Notes under the pieces: model-generated | Told to the model about the DNA's origin: nothing | Seen by the model: the letters and a program-made list of their open reading frames with translations, nothing else | Database searches by the model: none | Made by a program: the position numbers and the translations under genes | Shown here: piece after piece, positions 34,295 to 45,682 of the stretch | Layout: each line of letters begins with the position of its first letter | Position numbering within the stretch: position 1 is the first letter of the stretch | DNA from: an uncultured Methanomassiliicoccales archaeon | GTDB lineage: Archaea; Thermoplasmatota; Thermoplasmata; Methanomassiliicoccales; UBA472 | Direction: 5' to 3' | Length of the DNA stretch: 64,000 nucleotides | Assembly (NCBI GenBank): GCA_963695345.1 | Contig: OY968769.1 | Span: forward strand, 1,984,001 to 2,048,000

Positions 34295-35145
34295 ACCGCA
34301 ATTGGAAGCAGACGATGTTCTTCCTGCTTTTCCGAGGGGCGGCATTGATCGTAGGTCTGGCGTTGGCGGTCCTGGTAGGATACATAGTCATCAACGGTAT
34401 CGGTGGTATCAGCTGGGACTTCCTGACACAGATGCCGAGGCGCGCCGGCATGCAGGGAGGGATCCTTCCGGCGATTGTCGGTTCCTTCTTACTGATGCTG
34501 TTGGTTATCGCCTTCGCCGTCCCCATTGGGGTACTGTCGGCGGTGTATCTCGTCGAGTACGAGAAGAGCCACAGGGTCGGAAGGATCTACCGCATGGCGG
34601 TGCTCAACCTGGCGGGCGTTCCCTCCGTTGTCTATGGGTTGCTCGGCTTAGGGCTGTTCATCTACATGATCGGCATCGGCAGCGGCAGCCTGCTGGCGGC
34701 CGGTCTGACCCTCGGTGTGATGTGCCTGCCCTTGATCATCACGGCATCCCGGGAGGCGATCAAGGCGGTGCCTTCGACCGTCAGGGAAGCATCATTGGCA
34801 TTAGGGGCCACAAAATGGCAGACTGTCAGGCACCACGTGCTCCCATATTCGTTGTCGGGCATAATGACGGGGATAATCCTAGCGCTTTCCCGGGCCGCCG
34901 GTGAGACCGCACCCATCATGCTGACCGGGGTGGCGTTCCTGCTTCAGAGACTGCCCTCATCGGTCAATGACAGCTTCATGGCGCTGCCCTATCACATCTA
35001 CTTTATGGCCACACAAGCATCGAACATAGAGGCGGCCAGACCGATAGCCTACGCAACCGCGCTGGTACTGATCGCGCTGGTCATCGGCATGAACCTATTC
35101 GCAATCGCGCTGAGAAAGAAATACAGAGACAAGTACAGGTGGTGA
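34291..35145 (+). CDS. pstA: Phosphate ABC permease
   Basis: [31 protein letters not shown]. Confidence 0.94.
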   Translation: MNRNWKQTMFFLLFRGAALIVGLALAVLVGYIVINGIGGISWDFLTQMPRRAGMQGGILPAIVGSFLLMLLVIAFAVPIGVLSAVYLVEYEKSHRVGRIYRMAVLNLAGVPSVVYGLLGLGLFIYMIGIGSGSLLAAGLTLGVMCLPLIITASREAIKAVPSTVREASLALGATKWQTVRHHVLPYSLSGIMTGIILALSRAAGETAPIMLTGVAFLLQRLPSSVNDSFMALPYHIYFMATQASNIEAARPIAYATALVLIALVIGMNLFAIALRKKYRDKYRW

Positions 35146-35960
35146 GTTCAATTCCGCTTAAGATCAAGATAGAGGACCTGAACGTCTATTTCGACAAGAC
35201 CCATGCCCTCAAGAACGTCAACATGGAGATCAACGAGAACGAGATAACGGCCATCATCGGGCCGTCTGGATGCGGCAAATCGACCTTCATCCGAAGCATC
35301 AACCGCATGAACGACATCATACCGTCCTGCACCGTGAAAGGCAAGATAGTCGTGGAAGGCAACGACATATACGACGAGAAGGTCGATGTGGTCGACGTCC
35401 GCAGGAGGATCGGGATGGTATTCCAGAAGCCAAACCCGTTCCCCAAGTCCATATTCGAGAACATTGCCTACGCCCCGAGGCTGCACGGGATCGATTATGT
35501 CGACGAGAAGGAATCGGACCCCAAGAAACGGAACAAGCACCGCAAGATAACCAAGGCCGAACTCCAGCAAAAGGTCGAATGGAGCCTCAAGCGCGCAGCG
35601 CTTTGGGAAGAGGTGAAGGACCGGCTGGACAAATCGGCCTATACCCTGTCGGGAGGACAGCAGCAGCGTCTCTGCATCGCCAGGGCCCTCGCCGTCCATC
35701 CCAACATCATTCTGTTCGACGAGCCTTGCTCGGCACTCGATCCAATCGCCACCGCCAAGATCGAGGACCTGCTGATCGACCTGAAAAAGGATTTTACCGT
35801 GCTCATCGTGACACACAACATGCAGCAGGCGGCCAGGGTCGCGGACAAGACCGCCTACTTCTATCTCGGGGAACTGATCGAGATGGGAGACACCAAGCAG
35901 ATATTCGAGAATCCGCAAAAGGATCTCACTGAACAGTATATCACCGGGAGGATGGGTTGA
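35139..35960 (+). CDS. pstB: Phosphate ABC ATPase
   Basis: [37 protein letters not shown]. Confidence 0.96.
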   Translation: MVSSIPLKIKIEDLNVYFDKTHALKNVNMEINENEITAIIGPSGCGKSTFIRSINRMNDIIPSCTVKGKIVVEGNDIYDEKVDVVDVRRRIGMVFQKPNPFPKSIFENIAYAPRLHGIDYVDEKESDPKKRNKHRKITKAELQQKVEWSLKRAALWEEVKDRLDKSAYTLSGGQQQRLCIARALAVHPNIILFDEPCSALDPIATAKIEDLLIDLKKDFTVLIVTHNMQQAARVADKTAYFYLGELIEMGDTKQIFENPQKDLTEQYITGRMG

Positions 35961-35961
35961 G

Positions 35962-36723
35962 ATGACTTCGAACATAGCGTTCTTACATGAGATGGATGGA
36001 CTGAACCGGGAGGTCCGGGAGATGGCGGACCGGGCCAACGAGGCGATCGAGAAAGCGGTCAAGCTGATCGCTACAGGGGACGACGTCCTTATGAAGGACG
36101 TGAACCGGCTGGACAAGGAGCTCTATTGCTACGATAACCTGGTAGAGAAGCACTGCCTGGACCTGATCGCCCTCTACAGTCCGGTGGCTGGTGACCTGAG
36201 GACGGTCTCCACCTGCCTGAAGATCATCGAGGACCTGAACCGGATCGGTCGCTACGCCCACGATATCGCAGAAGTGTCCGAGGTGTTCGAGGCCCAAGGC
36301 CATTTCACCCGGATGGTCAACATCCAGCACATGGCTGAGCTGGTCGTCGACATGGTCCACGATTCCATCGAGAGCTTCACCAAGCGCGACTCGGTCATGG
36401 CCAGAGGATTGTTCGAACGGGATGATGAGGTGGACAGCCTTTACGACACGATCTTCAGGGAGATGCTCACCTACATGATGGAAGATTCGAAGAAGATCAC
36501 CGCGGGCATCAACTACGTCCTGGTCGCCAGGTACCTGGAGCGCATAGCGGACCATTCATGCAACATCGGCGAGAGGGTCGTCTACATGGTCACGGGGGAG
36601 CGAATGGACCCGGCGGAGAGGAAGAAGATCCTCAACAACAACCTTATACAGACGAAAAAGGAAAAGGTCCATGAGGGCATCGAAGAACCCGGATCCAACT
36701 GGCATGAGCTTTCGGAAAAGTGA
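35962..36723 (+). CDS. phoU: Phosphate signalling protein PhoU
   Basis: PVAGDLR, DDEVDSLY, LERIADHSCNIGE. Confidence 0.95.
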   Translation: MTSNIAFLHEMDGLNREVREMADRANEAIEKAVKLIATGDDVLMKDVNRLDKELYCYDNLVEKHCLDLIALYSPVAGDLRTVSTCLKIIEDLNRIGRYAHDIAEVSEVFEAQGHFTRMVNIQHMAELVVDMVHDSIESFTKRDSVMARGLFERDDEVDSLYDTIFREMLTYMMEDSKKITAGINYVLVARYLERIADHSCNIGERVVYMVTGERMDPAERKKILNNNLIQTKKEKVHEGIEEPGSNWHELSEK

Positions 36724-36783
36724 GGTATTAACGGCAAACATAATACGTGACCTCGAATAATACCTATCAAGGTGAAAAAAATA

Positions 36784-37260
36784 ATGGATGGATGTTCATC
36801 GAAAGATAAGGGGAAGTGCATGAAGGCCGACGCCGCAGTGGGCGACCTGTCAAAGAGGATGGGCGACTTCGTGCCGACGACACTCAGTCACATCCAGAAG
36901 CACCACCCTGACCTGGCCATACTGATCAAGGACATGGACGAGATCATGGAGTACAAGGGCGCCCTGGACAAGAAGACCAAACGCCTGATTGCTCTGGCCT
37001 GCGTATCCGTCCGCATGTGCGATGACTGCGTCTACCCTCAGGCCAAGGTGGCCAAGAACTTCGGTGCGACTCGCGAGGAGATCATGGAAGCATTGTCGAT
37101 CGCGGTCCTCACCGGCGGTGTCCCGACCTGGTCCAATGCCAAGCACGGGATCTCCAAACTGATGGCGGAATGGGACGAAGAGGACGCAAAGCTTGAAGAG
37201 GAAAAGGCCAAACCGGCTCCGAAGGTCAAGAAGGCAGCACCCAAAAAGACCAAGAAGTGA
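36784..37260 (+). CDS. Carboxymuconolactone decarboxylase / AhpD-like protein
   Basis: GALDKKTKRLIALA, CDDC, GATREEIMEA. Lys-rich tail. Confidence 0.82.
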   Translation: MDGCSSKDKGKCMKADAAVGDLSKRMGDFVPTTLSHIQKHHPDLAILIKDMDEIMEYKGALDKKTKRLIALACVSVRMCDDCVYPQAKVAKNFGATREEIMEALSIAVLTGGVPTWSNAKHGISKLMAEWDEEDAKLEEEKAKPAPKVKKAAPKKTKK

Positions 37261-37413
37261 TGAACAAAACGCCGCAAGGCGTTGAATTCTTTCCAACTAT
37301 CCAGTCATATAGAAAGCCGGGATACTTCTTGCTGGAGATATCAGCGGCCGTTTGATTTTTAAATATTACAATGATTTATATACTACTTTATTTGTCTGAG
37401 TTTCATCGGAGAA

Positions 37414-37761
37414 ATGATTTTGGCCGGATACTCAGGAAAGTCAAAGTACAAAGGGCGAAGCACCGTGAACGATCACAACAAGCGCAGTTCCGATTTCACC
37501 AGGACCGCGATGTTGAACCAGAGGAAATTGCTGGCTTTCAAGTTCGACATGAGAGAGGCGATGAACTCCAAGGGGCTCGACCCAGCTTTGATGACCACAT
37601 TCCTGGCCAGCGTAATTGCCAAAGGCTCCCGCCAGAGCATCCATGACGCCAAGGACTTCGTGCGGCAGACGGAACATGAGGGATATATCAGCAAGGAAGT
37701 AGGCGACCACGTCTGCTATCTTCTGGACAGATACACCAAGTACCAGTCCCAGATCGTTTGA
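37414..37761 (+). CDS. Hypothetical protein (start may be GTG 37465)
   Basis: Clean ORF after an AT-rich promoter. No recognisable motif. Confidence 0.6.
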   Translation: MILAGYSGKSKYKGRSTVNDHNKRSSDFTRTAMLNQRKLLAFKFDMREAMNSKGLDPALMTTFLASVIAKGSRQSIHDAKDFVRQTEHEGYISKEVGDHVCYLLDRYTKYQSQIV

Positions 37762-37901
37762 GTTTCTCCGGTTTTTAATACGTTATGACCTGAGCAGCCA
37801 GCATTATTGCTGAACCTAACGGGCATGGGCATCGGACCCCGCCCGTGCAATCAGTTTTATTAGGCCATAGCTCCAATTGTTTTGCAGAGGCTTGTGCGAA
37901 C

Positions 37902-38781
37902 ATGTTTACTGAATGTCCATATCCCGAAGGCAAATGCCGAGTGAAATGGGTCACGACCGAATGGCTACAAGACCATCTGGATGACAAGAAGTTGATGATC
38001 GTAGATGTCCAACCGAACATCCATGACTATGTTCAGGAGCACATCCCCGGTGCGGTCTATATGGAGGAGGGATGTCTGCGCACGTTCTTTAAAAGACGTC
38101 CAGGGGTCTTTGCCGCACCTGAGCAGATCGAGTCCGCGTTCGGAAGGATGGGCCTAAAGCCAGAGCTGCCAGTGGTGGTCTACACCGGCGAGGGTCAGTA
38201 CAAGCATTGGGGGGACGGCCTGGAGCAGACCATGGCCGCCTACTCGCTGGTCCGTTATGGTCACGACAACGTCATGATCCTCGACGGAGGCATCGACAAG
38301 TGGCGTAACGAAAAGAGGGAGGTCACGAAGGTCTTCCCCGAGAGGAACGAGACCGACTTCCTTACCGAGGTCCGCCATGAGTATTTCATCGAATACCAGG
38401 AGTTCAAGCAGATCAAGGACAATGATGACGTCCTACTGCTGGATGCCAGACCTCCCACGTCATACGAGGGTTGGGGGGTGTGGATCAAGCCCGGTCACAT
38501 ACCCGGGAGCGGTCAACTTCCCCTGGCGAAAGCTGATGGCAGACGACAACCCCCGGCAGCTGAAGCCGGACGACGTCCTGATGGAGATGATCGAGAAGGC
38601 CGGCATCACCAAGGACAAGACGGTGATATGCTCCTGCGGCACCGGGCGAGAGGCGACCGAGGAGTTCAACCTGTTCAAGTTCTATCTCCAGTACCCGCGC
38701 GTGAAGATCCACGAGGGAGCGTTCTCCGAGTGGGTCTCCTATCCGGAGAACGAGACGGTGACCGGAAAGAATCCCAGGTGA
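37902..38781 (+). CDS. Tandem rhodanese sulfurtransferase (frameshift ~38505)
   Basis: WVTTEWL, HIPGAV, LDGG, GHIPG, active-site CGTGRE, EGAFSEW. Confidence 0.9.
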
Positions 38782-39981
38782 TCAAGCCTGGAAACCGCTC
38801 CATTTCCCTTCCAGGCCGGGATCGGCCAAGGTCTCCAGCAGATATTTGGAGAACCGTTCTCCGGTGGCGCCGTCGGGACGGCCGGTCATCCTTATCCTCT
38901 TTTCAAACTGACAGCAGACGTCCAGCGCCATCTCTAGCCTGGTGGCCTTGTCTACATAGCCGATATGGTTCAGAAGCATGGCCGCCCCTTTGATGATGCT
39001 CGACGGGTCGGCAAACTGGCCGCGGCCTTCCTCGACCATTCTCGGGGCGGAACCGTGGATGGCCTCGAACATGGCGTACTGTTTGCCGATGTTGGCGCTG
39101 CCGGCCGTTCCTACCCCTCCCTGGATCTGGGCGGCCTCATCGGTCAGTATGTCGCCGTACAGGTTCGGCATGACCATCACCCGGAAGTCCTTCCGCCGGT
39201 ATGGGTCGATGAGCTTGGCCGTCATGATGTCGATGAACCAGTCATCCCAGGCGATGCCCGGGTAGTCCTTGGCGATGCGCTCCATGGTGGCCAGGAACTT
39301 GCCGTCGGTGGCCTTGATGACGTTCGCCTTGGTGATGGCGGTCACCTTGTTGATGCCGTTCTTCTTGGCGTGCTCGAAGGCCAGCTGGATGATCCGGTCG
39401 GTACCCTGCTTGGTGGCCACGCAGAAATCGATCGCCAGCTCATCGTTCACATTGATGCCTTTGCTGCCCAGGACGTAGCTTCCCTCGGTGTTCTCCCTGA
39501 AGAACATCCAGTCAACGCCTTGCTCCGGGACGCGAACCGGACGCACATTGGCGAAGAGGTCCAGCTCCCGTCTCATGGCCACATTGGCAGACTCGATGTT
39601 CGGCCACGGGTCACCCTTCTTGGGTGTGGTGGTCGGCCCCTTGAGGATGACATGGCAGGACCTGAGCTGTTCCAGCACGTCGTCCGGTATCGCCTTGAGC
39701 ACCTTGGCCCGGTTCTCGATGGTAAGTCCTTCGATCGTGACCAGTTCTACCTTCCCCGAGGCGATCTCATCCGCCAGGAGCGTTTCCAGGACGGTGCGGG
39801 CATGACCGCATATGTACGGCCCGATGCCGTCGCCTCCGACAATGCCGATGCGGATGGTGTCCAGCTTTGAGTAGTCCGTCCATTGCTCGGACGCCTTCAT
39901 CTTCTCGATCCTCTCCAGCTGCTCGATCACAATCTTGGCGAAATGTTCCTTGGACTTCTCGATAAGCTTCGCATCGACCAT
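38782..39981 (-). CDS. Isocitrate / homoisocitrate dehydrogenase family protein
   Basis: GDGIGP, RRELDLFANVRP, RENTEG, NLYGDILTD, FEAIHGSAP. Confidence 0.9.
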   Translation of the reverse strand: MVDAKLIEKSKEHFAKIVIEQLERIEKMKASEQWTDYSKLDTIRIGIVGGDGIGPYICGHARTVLETLLADEIASGKVELVTIEGLTIENRAKVLKAIPDDVLEQLRSCHVILKGPTTTPKKGDPWPNIESANVAMRRELDLFANVRPVRVPEQGVDWMFFRENTEGSYVLGSKGINVNDELAIDFCVATKQGTDRIIQLAFEHAKKNGINKVTAITKANVIKATDGKFLATMERIAKDYPGIAWDDWFIDIMTAKLIDPYRRKDFRVMVMPNLYGDILTDEAAQIQGGVGTAGSANIGKQYAMFEAIHGSAPRMVEEGRGQFADPSSIIKGAAMLLNHIGYVDKATRLEMALDVCCQFEKRIRMTGRPDGATGERFSKYLLETLADPGLEGKWSGFQA

Positions 39982-40081
39982 TTCTATCCCGTTTCGGTAC
40001 GGGAGAGGTCATATTTTAGGACCACTTTGCTTCTTCAGGGCAGGACAACAAATATCAACTTCCTGCTCAGAATAGGACGCC

Positions 40082-41222
40082 ATGAGATGGTCGCTCCGCA
40101 TCGGACGTATCCTCGGAATCCCGATATACCTTCACTTCACCTTCCTGATCATACTGCCGTTCTTCGCACTGGTGTTCGGTTTCTCCTATTCCGAGTTCTT
40201 CGGCTTCAAGATCGGCTTCAACAACCTGGCCATAGACGATCTGGGCAAGGCCCTGCTGGGGACCCTGGCAGCTATCGTGTTCTTCGCCTCGATTCTGATC
40301 CACGAACTCTGCCATTCCTACGTCGCACTGCGGAACCACTACAAGATCTCGGGCATAACGCTGCTGATCTTCGGGGGCGTTTCCGAGATCGAGGAGCAGC
40401 CGGGAGGGGCCAAGGGCGAGGCTTGGATGGCCTTCGCGGGGCCCGGGTCAAGCTTGGTGATCGGGGTGATCGTCTCCGCCCTATACTTCCTCACCAGGGA
40501 CCTGAACGGAGGGGTGGAACTGCAGGCCGCCGTCCTGATGTTCAGCCTGATCGGTTTCTACAACATCCTGCTTGGACTGTTCAATCTGCTGCCGGCGTTT
40601 CCCATGGACGGGGGAAGGGTACTTCGCGCCCTGCTCGCCAGGAGGCTGAGCTTCCTCAAGGCCACCAAGTATGCCGTCGACATCGGTAAGGTGTTCGCGG
40701 TGGGGATGGGCATCTTCGGGCTCCTCACGCTCAATTTCATTCTGATCCTGATCGCCCTGTTCCTTTTCACCGGCGCGGAAGGGCGAGTACCAGCAGACCA
40801 AGGTGACCTCGCTCCTGACCGGCATCAAGGTAGGGGAGATCATGACCCGGGAGGTGTCCACCGTGAACCCGGACGAAACGGCGCATCAGCTTCTGGCGCG
40901 GATGATGAGGGAGAAGCACATGGGATATCCGGTCATGGAGGGGGACAAGGTCATCGGAATGGTGACCTTCCAGGATGTGACGATGGTACCCGACGTTAAA
41001 CGCGACACCACGCTCGTTCGGGACATCATGAGCAAGAACGTGATCCATGTCCCTCCCTACATGGAGGCGATCGATGCCCTGAAGGTCTTCAATGAACTGG
41101 CGATCGGCCGGGTCATCGTACTGGTCGACGGTAAGCTCATCGGCATCCTTTCCCGCACCGACATGGTCCGGGCCATGGACATGCTGGCGGCGGGGCTCCG
41201 ACCCTCATCCCAGTCGACCTAG
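40082..41222 (+). CDS. M50 site-2 protease with CBS pair (frameshift ~40780)
   Basis: HELCH, FNLLPAFPMDGGR, then two CBS domains. Confidence 0.9.
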
Positions 41223-41674
41223 CGGACGTAGGTCGCCATCGCCTCGCCCTTCTGCAGGACATGGCCGGCCATGGCCGTTTCCAACTCTTCCTTGGAGGAA
41301 CCTGGAGGCAGGTTCAGCATCTTGTCCAGAACGTATACCTTGAAGAAATATCGATGCGGCCTTCCATCCCCTGGGCACGGGCCGGTATAACCCATCCGGT
41401 TCCCCGAGTTCCGCCCCTGGACCGCCTGGATGGGGTGTGCTATCACCTGTTCCTTGGAGAGGTTCTCCGGTATGCTTCCGACCGGGACCACGTTCCATAT
41501 CACCCAATGGGTGAATGTCCCTCTCGGTGCATCTGGATCGTCAAGTATCATGGCCAGGCAAGTGCCCTTACCGCCGGTTATCTCCACTTTCGGCGACGTG
41601 TTGGCTCCATCACAGGTGAAATGGGATGGAAAATGAGTGAAATCCAATTTGACCTTCAGAACTTCCATGGACAT
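41219..41674 (-). CDS. YbhB/YbcL (PEBP) family protein
   Basis: DDPDAPRGTFTHW, YTGPCP, HRYFFKVY. Confidence 0.9.
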   Translation of the reverse strand: MSMEVLKVKLDFTHFPSHFTCDGANTSPKVEITGGKGTCLAMILDDPDAPRGTFTHWVIWNVVPVGSIPENLSKEQVIAHPIQAVQGRNSGNRMGYTGPCPGDGRPHRYFFKVYVLDKMLNLPPGSSKEELETAMAGHVLQKGEAMATYVR

Positions 41675-41805
41675 CCTAATTCTACTCGAACCGCCTGCAT
41701 AAATAATTGTTGCATCCTGCGTTGGAATTGGGACTATCAGCATGGGCAAGTTAGAAAACCTAAGTAGTCATACGGTTGACGTCCACGGGCCAATCCGGCA
41801 GGTCG

Positions 41806-42813
41806 ATGTTCATGAGAGATCCGGTCACAGGTTTTGAATATCCGGCAGAATGGTCGGAATTGATAAGGGACGAGGCGTGGCTAATATTGGTCGGGAAAGG
41901 GCTGGCTGTCCTCAATTCCAAGGGGGAGGTGCTCCGGCGCGGGTTCAGCACCGGGACCACCGCGGCGGCCGCCTGCAAGGCGGCAGTGCTCTCACTGGAC
42001 GGACCGGTGGAAACCGTATCCATAACGCTGGCCAGTGGGATACGTGTTGATGTACCAGTGATCGGCAACGAGGGCGCGGCGTCATGCCGCAAGTTCGCCG
42101 GGGACTATCATGACGATCCAACGGCAGGAGCGGAGTTCATCGCCGAAGCGTTCATGGAAGGGGAAGGGGTGCAGGTCATCCCCGGGGAAGGGATCGGAGA
42201 GTACGCCCGACCCGAGGGGCCAAGGACAGCCGGCTCATCGGCCATAAGCGCCAGCGCGCTGGGGTCGATCGTCCTGGCCATATCCCAGGCCAAGGAAGAG
42301 ATCGGCATAAGGGGAGTGCGGGTAGAGCTGCATGTGGCCGAAGGAGAAAGGATCGCCATTCGGACGGTTAACCCCCGGTTCGGCATCGACGGGGGCATAT
42401 CCGTCCTTGGCTCGACCGGTCTGGTCGATCCATGGGACGACCACATCGAGGAAGGGCGTCTGGACAAGCTTACTGCCAGCAAAGTGGTCCTGACCACCGG
42501 GAAGATGGGTCTGCGCATGTCGCGCCTGTTCTTCCCGGACCACGAGGTAATAATGGTGGGGCAGAAGATGCTCGAGGCGGTGATAGGCGCCGATGACGAG
42601 GTGGTGGTCTGCGGACTTCCGGGCAACATCATCAGGGCGGTCATCCCGCATGTGCTGGATGAATTCGGTTGCTCGTCCTTCGAAGAACTGGCAGCGACGG
42701 ACAGATGGAAAGAGGTCCTCGGCAGGGTTTTCGAGCTGTACAGGGATGTGAATCCCAAGGTCAAGATACTGATGCTCGACCGGACCGGAAAGGTGTTGGG
42801 GGAACTGCAATGA
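41806..42813 (+). CDS. cbiD: Cobalt-precorrin-5B C1-methyltransferase
   Basis: LRRGFSTGTTAAAACKAA, KFAGD, NPRFGIDGGISVLGSTG. Confidence 0.9.
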   Translation: MFMRDPVTGFEYPAEWSELIRDEAWLILVGKGLAVLNSKGEVLRRGFSTGTTAAAACKAAVLSLDGPVETVSITLASGIRVDVPVIGNEGAASCRKFAGDYHDDPTAGAEFIAEAFMEGEGVQVIPGEGIGEYARPEGPRTAGSSAISASALGSIVLAISQAKEEIGIRGVRVELHVAEGERIAIRTVNPRFGIDGGISVLGSTGLVDPWDDHIEEGRLDKLTASKVVLTTGKMGLRMSRLFFPDHEVIMVGQKMLEAVIGADDEVVVCGLPGNIIRAVIPHVLDEFGCSSFEELAATDRWKEVLGRVFELYRDVNPKVKILMLDRTGKVLGELQ

Positions 42814-43394
42814 TCGTGATCGGAGTTGGATGTGGGCCGGGAATGATGACAGAAGAGGCCATGAGGGCGCTGGCCAAAGCGCGGAACGTCTACGGGTCGA
42901 AGAGATCCGTGGAACTGGCCAAGCCTCATTTGAGAAAGGGAGCGAAGGTCGTGCAGGTGGATGACTACGCCGCCCTGAACGAAGTGCCGGACAACGCGGT
43001 CCTGCTGTCCACCGGCGATCCAATGCTGGCGGGGCTGGGGCACCGGGCGAAGAAGGTCATCCCGGGCATATCCTCGATGCAGGCGGCGTACTCCCGTCTG
43101 GGGGCGCCGCTCGAGAACACGGTGATCATGAGCGCCCAAGGTAAGTACCATCCGATCGCACTGAAGAACGCCGTAGAGGAGGTCCTGCGCGGAAGGAACG
43201 TCTTCATGCTGGTGGACCCTACATTCTCCGTCGCCGAGCTCGCGTCCAAACTGGCGGCCTATAGCCTGGAATGCCGCATCGCGGTGTGCGAAAGGCTCGG
43301 CTATCCTGATGAACGGATACAAATAGGTACGGCATTGGGGCCGCCGGAGGCCAAGTCCGACCTTTTCGTTGTCGTGGTGGGGGAATGGTCATGA
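42810..43394 (+). CDS. cbiE: Cobalt-precorrin-7 C5-methyltransferase
   Basis: IGVGCGPG, LSTGDPMLAG, IPGISS, ERLGYPDERI. Confidence 0.85.
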   Translation: MIVIGVGCGPGMMTEEAMRALAKARNVYGSKRSVELAKPHLRKGAKVVQVDDYAALNEVPDNAVLLSTGDPMLAGLGHRAKKVIPGISSMQAAYSRLGAPLENTVIMSAQGKYHPIALKNAVEEVLRGRNVFMLVDPTFSVAELASKLAAYSLECRIAVCERLGYPDERIQIGTALGPPEAKSDLFVVVVGEWS

Positions 43395-44752
43395 TCAGCA
43401 GCGTTCCCCGGATAGTGATGGCCGGAGAGAGAAGCGGAGTGGGAAAATCGACCATCACCGTCGGGATCCTGCTGGCCCTGAAAGCCCGGGGCCTGGTCGC
43501 CCAGCCGTTCAAGGTGGGTCCGGACTTCCTCGACCCGATGCACCATTCCATCCTGATGGACAGGAAATCCCGGAACCTCGACACCTGGATGTTCCCGGGG
43601 GCGGTGAAGGAACTGTTCGTCCGCAGCAGTCAGGGTGCGGACATTGCCGTGGTCGAGGGCGTCATGGGCATGTACGACGGATTCGATGGCCGGTCCGAGG
43701 AGGGAAGCACGGCCCATCTGGCCAAGACGCTCGATGCGCCGGTGATCCTGGTGCTGGATGCCCATGCCTCGGCTCGCAGTCTCGGAGCGGTCGCCCTCGG
43801 TTTCCAGGAGTACGACAGGAATGTGAACGTGGCGGCGGTAATATTCAACAATGTGGCAGGGGAACGGCACCTGGAGATGCTGGAAGCTTCGCTCAGGGGT
43901 GTGGAATCGCTCGGCGGGGTGCTCACGGTGGAGAAAGCTTCCCTGAGCAGCAGGCATTTGGGGCTGGTGCCGGCAGAGGAGGATTTCGACCCTACCCGAT
44001 ATGACGAGATACGCAAGATGGTGGAGAGCCGGATCGACATCGACCGGCTGCTCGAGATAGCCAAGACGGCGGGACCGGTGGAAGCGACGAACGGCGACCT
44101 GTTCCCTGGAAAGAAGGAGGTGGCCACGATCGGAGTGGCCAGGGACTCTGCCTTCAACTTCTACTACGAGGACAATCTGGATATCCTGCGTTCGCATGGC
44201 GCGCGCATCGAGTTCTTCTCACCCATGACCGGGGAGATTCCCGACGTGGACGGACTGTATTTCGGCGGCGGCTATCCGGAATTGTTCGCCCAGGGGCTGG
44301 CGTCAAGCGCTAGCGTTCGGGAGAAGGTGAAACGGTTATCGGATGACGGAATGGCCATCTATGCCGAATGCGGCGGGATGATGTACGCCTGCAAGACGCT
44401 CCGCACACTGGACGGGAACGACCACCGCATGACCGGGATATTCGACGCCCGGGTGGAGATGACCGCAAAGCTTCAGGCGCTGGGATATGTGGAAGCGAAG
44501 GTCGTCAAGGATTGCGTGCTCTCGCCCAAGGGCGGCATGGCCAAGGGACACGTGTTCCATTATTCGCACATCACCGACACCACGGAGACCGAGTTCGCCT
44601 ACGACCTGAACAAGCAGAAAGGGATATCGAAGAGCTTGGACGGATTCGTGCGGGACAACTCGCTGGCATCCTACACGCACCTGCACTTCGGATCGTGCCC
44701 CGACTTCGCGGACAACTTCGTCAGGGCCTGCGCCGGTTATCGCCACCGCTAG
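43391..44752 (+). CDS. cbiA: Cobyrinate a,c-diamide synthase family (CbiA/CfbB)
   Basis: SGVGKS, FKVGPDFLDP, EGVMGMYDG, GGGYPE, YAECGGMMY. Confidence 0.88.
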   Translation: MISSVPRIVMAGERSGVGKSTITVGILLALKARGLVAQPFKVGPDFLDPMHHSILMDRKSRNLDTWMFPGAVKELFVRSSQGADIAVVEGVMGMYDGFDGRSEEGSTAHLAKTLDAPVILVLDAHASARSLGAVALGFQEYDRNVNVAAVIFNNVAGERHLEMLEASLRGVESLGGVLTVEKASLSSRHLGLVPAEEDFDPTRYDEIRKMVESRIDIDRLLEIAKTAGPVEATNGDLFPGKKEVATIGVARDSAFNFYYEDNLDILRSHGARIEFFSPMTGEIPDVDGLYFGGGYPELFAQGLASSASVREKVKRLSDDGMAIYAECGGMMYACKTLRTLDGNDHRMTGIFDARVEMTAKLQALGYVEAKVVKDCVLSPKGGMAKGHVFHYSHITDTTETEFAYDLNKQKGISKSLDGFVRDNSLASYTHLHFGSCPDFADNFVRACAGYRHR

Positions 44753-44802
44753 GGGGTAGGCTTTGATGCCGGGAACGTCCGGTCAGCGAAGTGTCGAAGG
44801 AC

Positions 44803-45549
44803 CTATTTCTTCGCTCTTCCCTGGGAGGCGACGCCGGCCATCGCCTTTTCCACCTCTTCCTGGTCACCGAGGTAGTAATGCCTCAGCGGCTTCAGATCAT
44901 CGTCCAGCTCGTACACCAGTGGGACGCCGGTCGGAATATTGAGGTTGACGATCTCGTCGTCGGGTACCTGGTCCAGGTATTTCACGAGAGCCCTGATGCT
45001 GTTGCCGTGGGCGGCGATGATCACCCTCCTGCCTTGGAGGAGCTGGGGGGACACGGTCCCTTCCCAGTACGGAACGAATCTGGCGACGGTGTCCTTGAGG
45101 CATTCGGTCAAGGGAACATCCCCGTCGATATCGGCGTATCTGGGGTCGTTGACGGAGCTGCGGACGTCGCCCGGTTCCAGTGCCGGGGGGCAGACATCAT
45201 AGCTGCGGCGCCAGACCAGCACCTGCTGGTCCCCGAACTTCTCGGCCATCTCCGCCTTGTTCAATCCTTGGAGGGCACCGTAATGCCTTTCGTTCAGACG
45301 CCAGGATTTTTGCTGCGGTATCCACATCAGCTTCATGTCGTCCAGGACTAGCCAGAGGGTGCGTATCGCCCGGGTGAGCACGGAGGTATAGGCCATGTCG
45401 AATGTGTATCCGTTCTCGATGAGCAATTTGGCGGCCCGGTGGGCTTCGCTGACGCCCTTATCAGATAGGTCGACGTCGGTCCAACCGGTGAACTTGTTCT
45501 CCTTGTTCCAGACGCTCTCTCCGTGCCTCAGCAGGACGACCTTGATCAA
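44803..45549 (-). CDS. gpmA: 2,3-bisphosphoglycerate-dependent phosphoglycerate mutase
   Basis: [36 protein letters not shown]. Confidence 0.95.
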   Translation of the reverse strand: MIKVVLLRHGESVWNKENKFTGWTDVDLSDKGVSEAHRAAKLLIENGYTFDMAYTSVLTRAIRTLWLVLDDMKLMWIPQQKSWRLNERHYGALQGLNKAEMAEKFGDQQVLVWRRSYDVCPPALEPGDVRSSVNDPRYADIDGDVPLTECLKDTVARFVPYWEGTVSPQLLQGRRVIIAAHGNSIRALVKYLDQVPDDEIVNLNIPTGVPLVYELDDDLKPLRHYYLGDQEEVEKAMAGVASQGRAKK

Positions 45550-45682
45550 ACCATTGCCCCCGAACCGAATCCTAGATGCGCGACCGTTAAATGAACTTTC
45601 CCGAGGTCGAAGGTTCGGAATAAAAATGTATAGTATGAAGTTAGGTTTCTATATATCCCTTCGACATATGTCAGTGTCCTAG

